Shown: positions 31,311 through 38,028 of the stretch, one piece after another
Numbering within the stretch: position 1 is the stretch's first letter
Layout of the letters: every line of letters starts with the position of its first letter
IMG/VR virus record: IMGVR_UViG_3300012668_000254
Coordinates: 1 to 38,028 of that record
Length of the DNA stretch: 38,028 nt
Source of the DNA: a virus
Reading direction: 5' to 3' (one strand)
Position numbers and translations under genes: made by a program
Notes under the pieces: generated by a model
What the model was told of the DNA's origin: nothing
The model's input: the letters and a program-made list of their open reading frames with translations, nothing else
Database searches by the model: none

Positions 31311-32134
31311 TAACTTTAAGTCCTCGATAAATCTAACCTGATTGACTTGGAAACCCTTATCACCCGTGTGAAAGGGCAACAAGGGGCAAGTGTTTAATTA
31401 GTATTGTAAGGAATCAAAGTGTTCAATATCTGCTTTAAGAAAACCTTTTGCGTTGAGTCTAGACATCTCAACTCTCATGTCTTCTCGAAGGGCGATGATT
31501 TCGGGATCAAGAGGAGCGTGTGCGCCACATCCTTTTTGATTTTCATAGGACTTTCTAAACTCGATCATAATCTCACATTGTCTTTTCTTAAGAACAAGAT
31601 AAGGCAAAACTTGAGTACAAATGTCGAGAAGACGATGACCTTGAACAACCCATTCATAAATCCATCGCTCATGAGTGGAATTTTTCTTAAAAATAGATCG
31701 CTTATGTTTCTTAGATTTATTGAGATTGCCAAAATGCAACTCAATCCAATCAAAAAGTTCCTTTTTTGTATTAGAAATGTTGAGTACAGCTCTAAAGTTT
31801 GGGTTTTGGTATCGGTTATACTTCGCGGGATTAACACGATAAATACACAAAGAGCCTTCACCATCAATAATACCTGCAAGGTAAGCAAGTATGAGAGGTT
31901 TATAAATCTTTTTTTTGTATTCAATTATAGGCATTCACATTCTCCTTTGTTATGTGTGTAGGTGCGTGTATATTGTTGCATAAAACTAATTAAATGTACA
32001 GCCTGATCGACTTAGCGGTTGGAATGTAGAAATACATATGCGAAAGTCAGAACTCGAACTATAAATAAAATTCGAGAGGGAGATCCGAAGAGGTCACCCC
32101 GCTCACAGTATATTGTGAGTCATAAAGTAACAGG
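31311..32134 (+). mobile_element. Group I intron 2 in the capsid gene, with an antisense LAGLIDADG gene in the P6 loop
   Basis: P1: exon gaggat (31305-10) / gtcctc with a U-G at the junction. P3 ctaacc / ggttgg. P6 extended stem tttaattag (31393-401) / ctaattaaa (31986-94). P8 atgta-GAAA-tacat. The 3' tail ccccgctcacagtatattgtgagtcataaagtaacagg is nearly identical to the portal intron. Confidence 0.75.
31398..31934 (-). CDS. Single-motif LAGLIDADG homing endonuclease, encoded antisense to its host intron
   Basis: YLAGIIDGEGSLCI motif, 178 aa. Own AAGGAG RBS on the minus strand. Its stop codon lies inside the P6 stem. Confidence 0.85.
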   Translation of the reverse strand: MPIIEYKKKIYKPLILAYLAGIIDGEGSLCIYRVNPAKYNRYQNPNFRAVLNISNTKKELFDWIELHFGNLNKSKKHKRSIFKKNSTHERWIYEWVVQGHRLLDICTQVLPYLVLKKRQCEIMIEFRKSYENQKGCGAHAPLDPEIIALREDMRVEMSRLNAKGFLKADIEHFDSLQY

Positions 32135-32740
32135 TTGTTAATTTTACGCGATTACATCGTTTCAGCCGCTTCCGAAATTATGGCCGGTGGTGGTTCAAAT
32201 AATGATAATCCAACTAACCTTGGTATCAGTGATTTTAGCTTAGTTGCTACTACTCTTGATACAAATAACGCTTATAAGTTTATGAGTGGTATTGAAGGTA
32301 TGGATAGATTCGGTACAGGTCCTGTTAGATCAGCATATTTTATGCTATCGTCTACAGAATTGCAAACCGATTTTGATGGATTAGTAGGCCAAGGGTTTAA
32401 AAACCAATGGGACTATCCAACAAATGCTAGTGCTTTGCCATCTGAGTATGGTTCTGTATTTAACGTACGTATTTTGACATCGTCAGAGGCTCCTGTAGCT
32501 CGTGGTGCATCTGCTAATGGTCAGGATGTTTACTATAATACCGTTGCTGGTAAGCAAGCATTGACACACGTAAATCAAGATGGATACTCAATGAATCTGA
32601 TTTATCGTGACCCATATTATTCAGGAATGTTGGCTCAAAATGCGACTTTAGCAGTTAAATTTGCTCAAGCTCAAGCTTTGACTCAAGATACAGCGATCAG
32701 AAACCTATTATCAACACGTTTAGCAGTATTAAATTACTAA
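32135..32740 (+). CDS. Major capsid protein, exon 3
   Basis: Has no start codon or RBS of its own; the track's TTG is fortuitous. LLILRDYIVSAASEIMAGGG...VFNVRILTSSEAP...ATLAVKFAQAQALTQDTAIRNLLST resembles C-terminal halves of HK97-fold capsid proteins. Confidence 0.75.
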   Translation: MLILRDYIVSAASEIMAGGGSNNDNPTNLGISDFSLVATTLDTNNAYKFMSGIEGMDRFGTGPVRSAYFMLSSTELQTDFDGLVGQGFKNQWDYPTNASALPSEYGSVFNVRILTSSEAPVARGASANGQDVYYNTVAGKQALTHVNQDGYSMNLIYRDPYYSGMLAQNATLAVKFAQAQALTQDTAIRNLLSTRLAVLNY

Positions 32741-32749
32741 GGAGATAAT

Positions 32750-34324
32750 ATGGCTGAATATTCAAGATTAGCGAGTGGACAAGTTACGTCGACCGGTGGA
32801 GATACTACTATTGTACTCCCGTTTATTCCTGATTTCGTAGAGATTTCAAACAAAAACTCTGCGGTTAATGGAAGAGGTGTTTATAGAGCATGGTGGAATA
32901 CCGACCAAGGTCTAGGGTCTGCATTTTTAGAAAGTGTAACTACTGGATCAGGTGGTAATTATGGTTATGTTTACACATTAACACAAGCCGGAACCGTTGC
33001 TATTGGCGGTGATGTTATATGGAATAATGCAATCGGTCAGGCTTCAGGCGTTTCCGTTGCAGTAGGTACAGGTAATATTACTGTAGCTAATGCTGGAGTG
33101 TATAAAATACAGTTTCAGTTAGCAGGTTCAGAGCCAAATCAATTTGCTATTACTGTTAATGGCGTTGTTCAAACAAACGCTATTTATGCATCAGGTGCAG
33201 GAACACAACAGACAACTGGAGAGGCTATTTTATCATTGCCTGCTGGTGCTGTTGTTACAATACGTAACAACCTATCAACAGGTGCTATTACTTTAGCTCC
33301 AACTGTTGGTGGTACTGCAAACCAAGCAATGGCTTCAGTAGCAATTAACCAAGTTGGTGCAACTGGTGGCGATACTGTTGGTTATATTGACGTTATCGGT
33401 GGAACAAGTTCTGCTGGTTTAGTCAATGGAACTGGATTTAATGTAGTTAAAGCAGGTTTATCTTTACAATATGGTCCAACTGTATTGCTAGGTGCATCCG
33501 GTGGTATTACTAATAATGCTACAGCTCCTGTTATTACAACATCTGCTGCTCATAATTTAGTGGTTGGTAATGTAGTTGTGTTCTCTAACTTGTATCAGAC
33601 AGCGTCAACTGGTATGCAGCAAATTGCTGGTATTCCATTTGAAGTTCAAACTGTGCCAAGTGCGACAACATTTACTATTAACTGGAATACAAACCAAGCC
33701 AATTATACTGCCATTGCAACGGGTGGTTTAAATACCTTGGCATCGTTTAAAAAAGTTCTTTATCCTGCGCTTTATGCACCGGGTCAAGCATTTATTTCTG
33801 CGATTACATTGGGTGCAACTACAACAATTCAGACAACAGCACCATCAAACGTGGTTGTTGGTCAAGAAGTTGGATTCCACATCCCTACAGTTTGGGGACC
33901 AACAGGATTGAATGAGTTACCTAATGTGTTGATTCCGGGATCACCTAAGTATGGGTATGTGGTATCTGTCACTAACAGCACAACATTTGTTGTCAATATT
34001 GATAGTACGCTTTTCAGTGCTTATAATAGCAACAAACCATTCGCTTCATTCTCCGGTCAACAATTCCCTGTTGTTGTTCCTGTTGGTGATGTTAACACTG
34101 GTGGACTACAAATAAGTGTTGGAAGCCAACTATATCCGTCACCAAATGTTTATAATGGATTCCAAGGAAGCATTACTGCCCCGGTAGGTACTATCAACGG
34201 GCCAGCTATAAATGGAAGTTACATCAACGCTACCTTTATGGGAGTGATAGTAGGATCAGGGGTTTCTGGTGCATTAGGAGATAAGTTATTCTACAGGGCC
34301 TATATGTCAGATATTAACAGGTAG
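32750..34324 (+). CDS. Capsid-associated fibre or decoration protein with a BclA/C1q-like jelly-roll insert and FCCH-like domains
   Basis: AGGAG RBS directly after the capsid gene. NAGVYKIQFQLAGSEPNQFAITVNGVVQTNAIY...GEAILSLPAGAVVTIRNNLSTGAITL matches the BclA C-terminal (C1q/TNF-like) pattern. VITTSAAHNLVVGNVVVFSN and ISAITLGATTTIQTTAPSNVVVGQEVGFHI are FCCH-like. Confidence 0.65.
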   Translation: MAEYSRLASGQVTSTGGDTTIVLPFIPDFVEISNKNSAVNGRGVYRAWWNTDQGLGSAFLESVTTGSGGNYGYVYTLTQAGTVAIGGDVIWNNAIGQASGVSVAVGTGNITVANAGVYKIQFQLAGSEPNQFAITVNGVVQTNAIYASGAGTQQTTGEAILSLPAGAVVTIRNNLSTGAITLAPTVGGTANQAMASVAINQVGATGGDTVGYIDVIGGTSSAGLVNGTGFNVVKAGLSLQYGPTVLLGASGGITNNATAPVITTSAAHNLVVGNVVVFSNLYQTASTGMQQIAGIPFEVQTVPSATTFTINWNTNQANYTAIATGGLNTLASFKKVLYPALYAPGQAFISAITLGATTTIQTTAPSNVVVGQEVGFHIPTVWGPTGLNELPNVLIPGSPKYGYVVSVTNSTTFVVNIDSTLFSAYNSNKPFASFSGQQFPVVVPVGDVNTGGLQISVGSQLYPSPNVYNGFQGSITAPVGTINGPAINGSYINATFMGVIVGSGVSGALGDKLFYRAYMSDINR

Positions 34325-34327
34325 GCT

Positions 34328-34355
34328 TGTTATAATCATTCATATATGTTATAAT
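34328..34355 (+). promoter_or_regulatory. Two tandem perfect extended -10 elements TGTTATAAT (34328-36 and 34347-55)
   Basis: Read directly, 19 nt apart, immediately upstream of the terminator hairpin and the HNH gene. Confidence 0.45.
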
Positions 34356-34357
34356 TA

Positions 34358-34383
34358 CCCCCATAGAAATATGGGGGTTTTTT
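34358..34383 (+). terminator. Rho-independent terminator after the capsid-fibre gene
   Basis: cccccata-gaaa-tatggggg followed by TTTTTT. The HNH ATG (34384) directly abuts the T-run. Confidence 0.8.
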
Positions 34384-34992
34384 ATGAAAATATGTAAAAA
34401 TTGTAAATTAGAGAAATCGATGAAAGAATTTTGGAAATCATCGAGGACACCGGATGGTTATTTAAGTAGATGTATTGCATGTGAAAAAGAAAAAAGTAAA
34501 ATTTGGCGTGATGAAAATAAAGGTAGATTAAAGGAATCATGGAAAAAATCTAGGATAAATAAAAAATTACCTGATGATGAAAGGATACGAAGAAAAAAAG
34601 GTGAATCTAGAAAAGAACATAATGAATTAAATAGAATTCGATATAAACTTAACTTCGAAAATATAAGTAAACGAAGAAAAGAAAAGGTATTAACACCCGA
34701 ACTTAGAAAAAAGTTATGTGAATATGTTAAAAAAAGCCGAAAGTTACACAGAGAAAAGCATATTAAATATCAAATAGAATATCATAAAAAAGTAAAAAAA
34801 TTCCAAGTCCATCAAAAAGTTTATTATGCTGTAAAAACAGGGAAACTTATCAAACCTCTTTATTGTGAAAAGTGTGGTGAAAACAAACCTTTACAAGGTC
34901 ATCATCATGATTACTCAAAACCTTTAGATGTTTTATGGGTATGTCTGACGTGTCACTGTCAAATTCACAAAAAATTGTTATACTTAATTTGA
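34384..34992 (+). CDS. Free-standing HNH endonuclease with an N-terminal zinc finger and a Lys/Arg-rich middle
   Basis: C-terminus CEKCGENKPLQGHHHDYSKPLDVLWVCLTCHCQIH (HNH with flanking CxxC pairs). N-terminus CKNCK...CIACEKEK. Confidence 0.8.
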   Translation: MKICKNCKLEKSMKEFWKSSRTPDGYLSRCIACEKEKSKIWRDENKGRLKESWKKSRINKKLPDDERIRRKKGESRKEHNELNRIRYKLNFENISKRRKEKVLTPELRKKLCEYVKKSRKLHREKHIKYQIEYHKKVKKFQVHQKVYYAVKTGKLIKPLYCEKCGENKPLQGHHHDYSKPLDVLWVCLTCHCQIHKKLLYLI

Positions 34993-35031
34993 CATTGTAA
35001 TTAAATATTTAAGTTGGCATTTTGGAGGGTA

Positions 35032-35496
35032 ATGAAAGTTACTCTCCAATTGGTTTTATACATGGCAATTTCAGGACCTATCGCTCTTTACTCTAATGTT
35101 CCGATTCATCCCGAGTATTTTAAACCTTCACGTTTTCAAATATCAGCCATTGCTTTGGGAGCAACTACTATCATAACAGTTATTCCAGATGTTTATCCTA
35201 GCGCAACGATAAACTTGAATTATGTGATAGGTCAACAAGTAAGAGTATTGATTCCAAAAGGATATGGATGTCAGCAAATTAATGGATTATCTGCATATGT
35301 TTTATCTTTACCTTCTTCAAATCAAGTAGAGATAAGCATTAATTCGAATCAGTTTGATGCTTTTATGCCTGTATCTTTAACTCAATTGCCTCAAATTGTT
35401 GCAATTGGAAATGTAAATACAGGACAAATAAATTTGTCAAACAAAACGATGCTGCCGTTTATTCCCGGCAGTTTTATTAACATATCACCAGTATAG
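35032..35496 (+). CDS. Small structural protein with an FCCH-like domain
   Basis: FQISAIALGATTIITVIPDVY...VIGQQVRVLIP resembles the repeat domain in 191..2911 and 32750..34324. Start is uncertain (TTG 35014, ATG 35032 after GGAGGG, or ATG 35062). Confidence 0.55.
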   Translation: MKVTLQLVLYMAISGPIALYSNVPIHPEYFKPSRFQISAIALGATTIITVIPDVYPSATINLNYVIGQQVRVLIPKGYGCQQINGLSAYVLSLPSSNQVEISINSNQFDAFMPVSLTQLPQIVAIGNVNTGQINLSNKTMLPFIPGSFINISPV

Positions 35497-35503
35497 GTAA
35501 AAA

Positions 35504-36106
35504 ATGGCACAGAAACCAAACGTAAATTCAGCTGGAGAAATGGAACTTGAAAAAGTTAAAGCTCAAGGCGATCATTTTGAAGAACAAGTAAAAGGCATGA
35601 CGCTTGATCGTATGAATCAAGCGCCATTACTTGAAAGAGAACAACAAACTAAAATATCTCAAGAAGATATTGCAAAATCTAAAGAACTTTATTTAAAGCC
35701 AAGAAAGCAATTAGGTCCTGGTAAAAATGAGAAGTTCAATGAGAAGTTCAGAGAAGATTATAATTTCAAGAAAGAATATGTGAATTTCATAGCCGAAAAC
35801 AATGAACTTATTGGCGAGACAATAGAAATGTGGTGCAAACCATTTCCTGGATTAAATGCAGAAGAATGGGCAATTCCTACTAATAAACCAGTTTGGGCTC
35901 CTAGATATGTTGCTGAACAGATTAAACGTAAATCATATCATAGACTGAGTATGTCACAAAATACACATCAAAATAATTTTGCTGGTAGCGATCATACAGG
36001 TACTCAATATTATGGTACGATGGCAGTAGATAATACTATTCAGCGTCTTGACGCAAGACCCGTATCGAGTCGTAAATCTCTATTTATGGGAGCAACGCCA
36101 TTTTAA
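35504..36106 (+). CDS. Hypothetical morphogenesis-module protein (200 aa)
   Basis: Clean ORF with a charged N-terminal half. No motif I can name. Confidence 0.55.
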   Translation: MAQKPNVNSAGEMELEKVKAQGDHFEEQVKGMTLDRMNQAPLLEREQQTKISQEDIAKSKELYLKPRKQLGPGKNEKFNEKFREDYNFKKEYVNFIAENNELIGETIEMWCKPFPGLNAEEWAIPTNKPVWAPRYVAEQIKRKSYHRLSMSQNTHQNNFAGSDHTGTQYYGTMAVDNTIQRLDARPVSSRKSLFMGATPF

Positions 36107-36261
36107 TGAATAAAGAACTAGAAAAATTAAAAGAATGTGCCGAAACCTTAGAATTAATGACTAAAGTAGTTTCAAATTCTTTAAAAATAATGCACGAAAC
36201 TTCGAAAGATTTGATTGATAATGTCAATGATCTCTTACGTATTGATACGAAAAATGTTTAA
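36106..36261 (+). CDS. 51-aa helical hypothetical protein
   Basis: TAATG coupling. Hand-translated: MNKELEKLKECAETLELMTKVVSNSLKIMHETSKDLIDNVNDLLRIDTKNV. Confidence 0.4.
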   Translation: MNKELEKLKECAETLELMTKVVSNSLKIMHETSKDLIDNVNDLLRIDTKNV

Positions 36262-36267
36262 ATTTGA

Positions 36268-36286
36268 ATGTAAAACCGCTTTACAT
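36268..36286 (+). repeat. Hairpin repeat copy 3: ATGTAAAACCGCTTTACAT (intergenic, abutting an RBS)
   Basis: Exact 19-nt copy. It is followed by tGGAGtaataaTTG, the RBS and start of the 36298 gene. Confidence 0.9.
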
Positions 36287-36297
36287 TGGAGTAATAA

Positions 36298-37536
36298 TTG
36301 TACTTGCTAGCTGACATCATAACTTATGTAAGAAGAATTATAAAATCTCCTTCTAACGCATCCATAAGCGATAATTTAATTATAGATTACATAAATAGAT
36401 TCTACATTACAGATGTTGATGCTCGTATGCAACTTTTTGATTTGAAGACAACTTATGTGTTTCAGACACAACCAGGTGTTGATCAATATAATATGCCGAT
36501 GTATACGGTTCAGTCAGAACCTGGAATGCCTGTGATAGGAATGTATCCTGTTTATCAAGGTTTTTTAGGTCCTGCAAGGATCAATGGTATAGATGTACAA
36601 TTTAGTACACAAAGAGATAGTTTTTGGACAAATTGGTGGAATATAGCACAGCAATTCAATATTGTGGCAACAGGTGATGGAACGGCAGGACCTTACCGAC
36701 TAACTTTTCCTGTATCTCCAGACAATCAAAGTCCACCAAATCCACCTATAAACTCATTATTGCGTGGTCATATTGATCTGCTTGGCATTATGTCCTACTT
36801 CAATCAAGAAAATACTTATCAAGATCCTCCACTTATTTCTACAACACAAATAGCAGCTGTAAATCCTCAATTTGTTCAATGTGTTCCTGTCACTTCATCC
36901 ATACCTCAAATATATATCACATCATTAGATGCTACAGGACAAAATATAGTTGTTCAGGATTCAGGATTGTTTTTAGAAGACAACATAAATTATGGACTTT
37001 TAATCCAACCAGGCAAGGCACCAAATGGCAACTTACCACTTGCAGGACCTGTCGGAGCAAATTATAGTACTACTTTAAATACAGTAAATTATTTAGAAGG
37101 AACAGCAAATGTCACGTTTCCAGTTGCTATTCCTTCTGGTAACAATATCAACGTTAAATGCGTTTTCTATCAGACTGGACTGCCTAGAGCAATTTTGTAT
37201 TATAATAACATTATTACTTTACGCAATCCTCCTGATAATCAATATACGGTCGAATTAACAGCATATTTAAGTCCAGCAGCCTTCTTAAACACATCTCAAT
37301 CAATTCAATTTGGTTATATGTGTGAATATTTAGCAAGAGGAGCTGCAAGAAAGATTTTAAGTGATACTGGTGATATCGAACAATTTCAATTCTATGAATC
37401 ACTTTTTAAAGAGCAAGAATTACTTGTTTGGAAACGATCTCAAAGACAATTTACAAGTACTAGAACAGAGACGATTTATTCCCAAGGTAATCAAAATGGT
37501 CAGGGAAATTACAATAATTATGGAGGATCAATGTAA
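36298..37536 (+). CDS. Virion structural protein, 412 aa (adaptor or tail-tubular-A-like candidate)
   Basis: GGAG sits 6 nt upstream of TTG 36298. Long ORF between the head and fibre genes. Functional class inferred from position only. Confidence 0.6.
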   Translation: MYLLADIITYVRRIIKSPSNASISDNLIIDYINRFYITDVDARMQLFDLKTTYVFQTQPGVDQYNMPMYTVQSEPGMPVIGMYPVYQGFLGPARINGIDVQFSTQRDSFWTNWWNIAQQFNIVATGDGTAGPYRLTFPVSPDNQSPPNPPINSLLRGHIDLLGIMSYFNQENTYQDPPLISTTQIAAVNPQFVQCVPVTSSIPQIYITSLDATGQNIVVQDSGLFLEDNINYGLLIQPGKAPNGNLPLAGPVGANYSTTLNTVNYLEGTANVTFPVAIPSGNNINVKCVFYQTGLPRAILYYNNIITLRNPPDNQYTVELTAYLSPAAFLNTSQSIQFGYMCEYLARGAARKILSDTGDIEQFQFYESLFKEQELLVWKRSQRQFTSTRTETIYSQGNQNGQGNYNNYGGSM

Positions 37537-38028
37537 TGGGTTTAATAAGTTATATTCGAGATATACCAGATGGTCCTAATAACCCATCTAATGATCAGCC
37601 AAACATGAAATTGAATAATAATGCAATCGAAGATTATGTTGCAGTAGATCATGTTCCTTTTAATGTAAATAATAGCGGTTATCACACCATTATTCATCAA
37701 ACTTTACAAGTTGCAAATCCAGCTCCTATTTCAAATATTGCACAACTTTTTGTTAAAAACGTATCTATCACGAATAGCGCGGGTACTGGAACAGATAACC
37801 AATTATTTTATGAAACTGGTTTAGGAGGAGTATCACAAATTACTGGCAGTCATTCTGCTACAAATGGGTTTTCTTTTATTGCGGGAGTGATTTTACAATG
37901 GGGTATAATTGCTCCTACAAGTGCTGGAACAGTAACTGTATTATTCAATACCGCTCCTAATTTCAATTTTCCCAATGCTTTATTAAATGTTCAAGTCACA
38001 AGACAAAGAACAACTTCATCTGCTGGAA
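37536..38028 (+). CDS. Tail-fibre-like protein, 5' part (continues at position 1 through 187)
   Basis: The ATG overlaps the upstream TAA (ATGTAATGG). MGLISYIRDIPDGPNNPSNDQPNMKLNNNAIEDYVAVDHVPFN...GYHTIIHQ resembles fibre and baseplate N-termini. The ORF runs off the window end. Confidence 0.75.
   Translation, partial: MGLISYIRDIPDGPNNPSNDQPNMKLNNNAIEDYVAVDHVPFNVNNSGYHTIIHQTLQVANPAPISNIAQLFVKNVSITNSAGTGTDNQLFYETGLGGVSQITGSHSATNGFSFIAGVILQWGIIAPTSAGTVTVLFNTAPNFNFPNALLNVQVTRQRTTSSAG
37952..38028. repeat. Second copy of the 77-nt terminal overlap
   Basis: Exact identity to 1-77. A length equal to a common assembler k-mer suggests an assembly overlap rather than a physical terminal repeat. Confidence 0.95.

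Noticed and set aside
31419-31961. 180-aa plus-strand ORF and 119-aa minus-strand ORF overlapping the antisense LAGLIDADG gene
   Set aside because: These are shadow frames of the 31398-31934 gene. Only that frame contains a LAGLIDADG motif (YLAGIIDGEGSL) and an AAGGAG RBS.
1-38028. Alternative genetic code (TGA or TAG reassignment), tRNA genes, CRISPR arrays
   Set aside because: Long ORFs are intact under the standard code, and TGG is used normally for Trp. No cloverleaf-like GTTCGAATC-type T-arm sequences or regularly spaced direct repeats were seen. The only GC-rich structured non-coding segments are explained by the three introns.

Overview
The window is a complete, circularly closed phage genome. 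Bases 1-77 are repeated exactly at 37952-38028, giving a unit length of 37,951 bp, and one tail-fibre-like gene reads through the junction. The sequence is AT-rich by eye, coding density is high, and most genes have AGGAG-type ribosome-binding sites.

No tail tube, tape measure, DNA polymerase, integrase, CI-type repressor, tRNA or CRISPR array is recognisable. The content looks like a small podovirus-like phage.

- **Morphogenesis genes:** TerS-like protein, TerL, portal, an HK97/N4-gp56-like major capsid protein, scaffold-like proteins, a GroES-like co-chaperonin, internal virion proteins, and several fibres, one with a peptidase-S74 chaperone domain.
- **Early region:** RecT plus a YqaJ-type exonuclease, a Cro/YdaS-like HTH protein, a replication-O-like initiator with internal iteron-like repeats, and a RusA-like resolvase.

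Notable observations:

1. The capsid gene appears to be split into three exons by two group I introns. Each intron carries a LAGLIDADG homing endonuclease, and one of these lies antisense inside an extended P6 stem. A 69-nt mini-exon sits between the introns.
2. The portal gene carries a third, ORF-less intron that is paralogous to the second capsid intron.
3. Four further free-standing HNH endonucleases are present, making six homing-type nucleases in 38 kb.
4. There is a family of five small N-terminal-TM proteins sharing a C-terminal DFHGRLCxIEE(R) motif. Four are in tandem with a lipoprotein and tiny hydrophobic ORFs, and no endolysin is recognisable.
5. A 19-nt hairpin element, ATGTAAAACCGCTTTACAT, is present three times exactly plus one loop variant, always in the sense orientation. 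Two copies lie in frame inside unrelated genes.

All functional calls come from motif recognition by eye; no database search was run. Splice junctions are proposals based on reading frame plus P1/P10 pairing.
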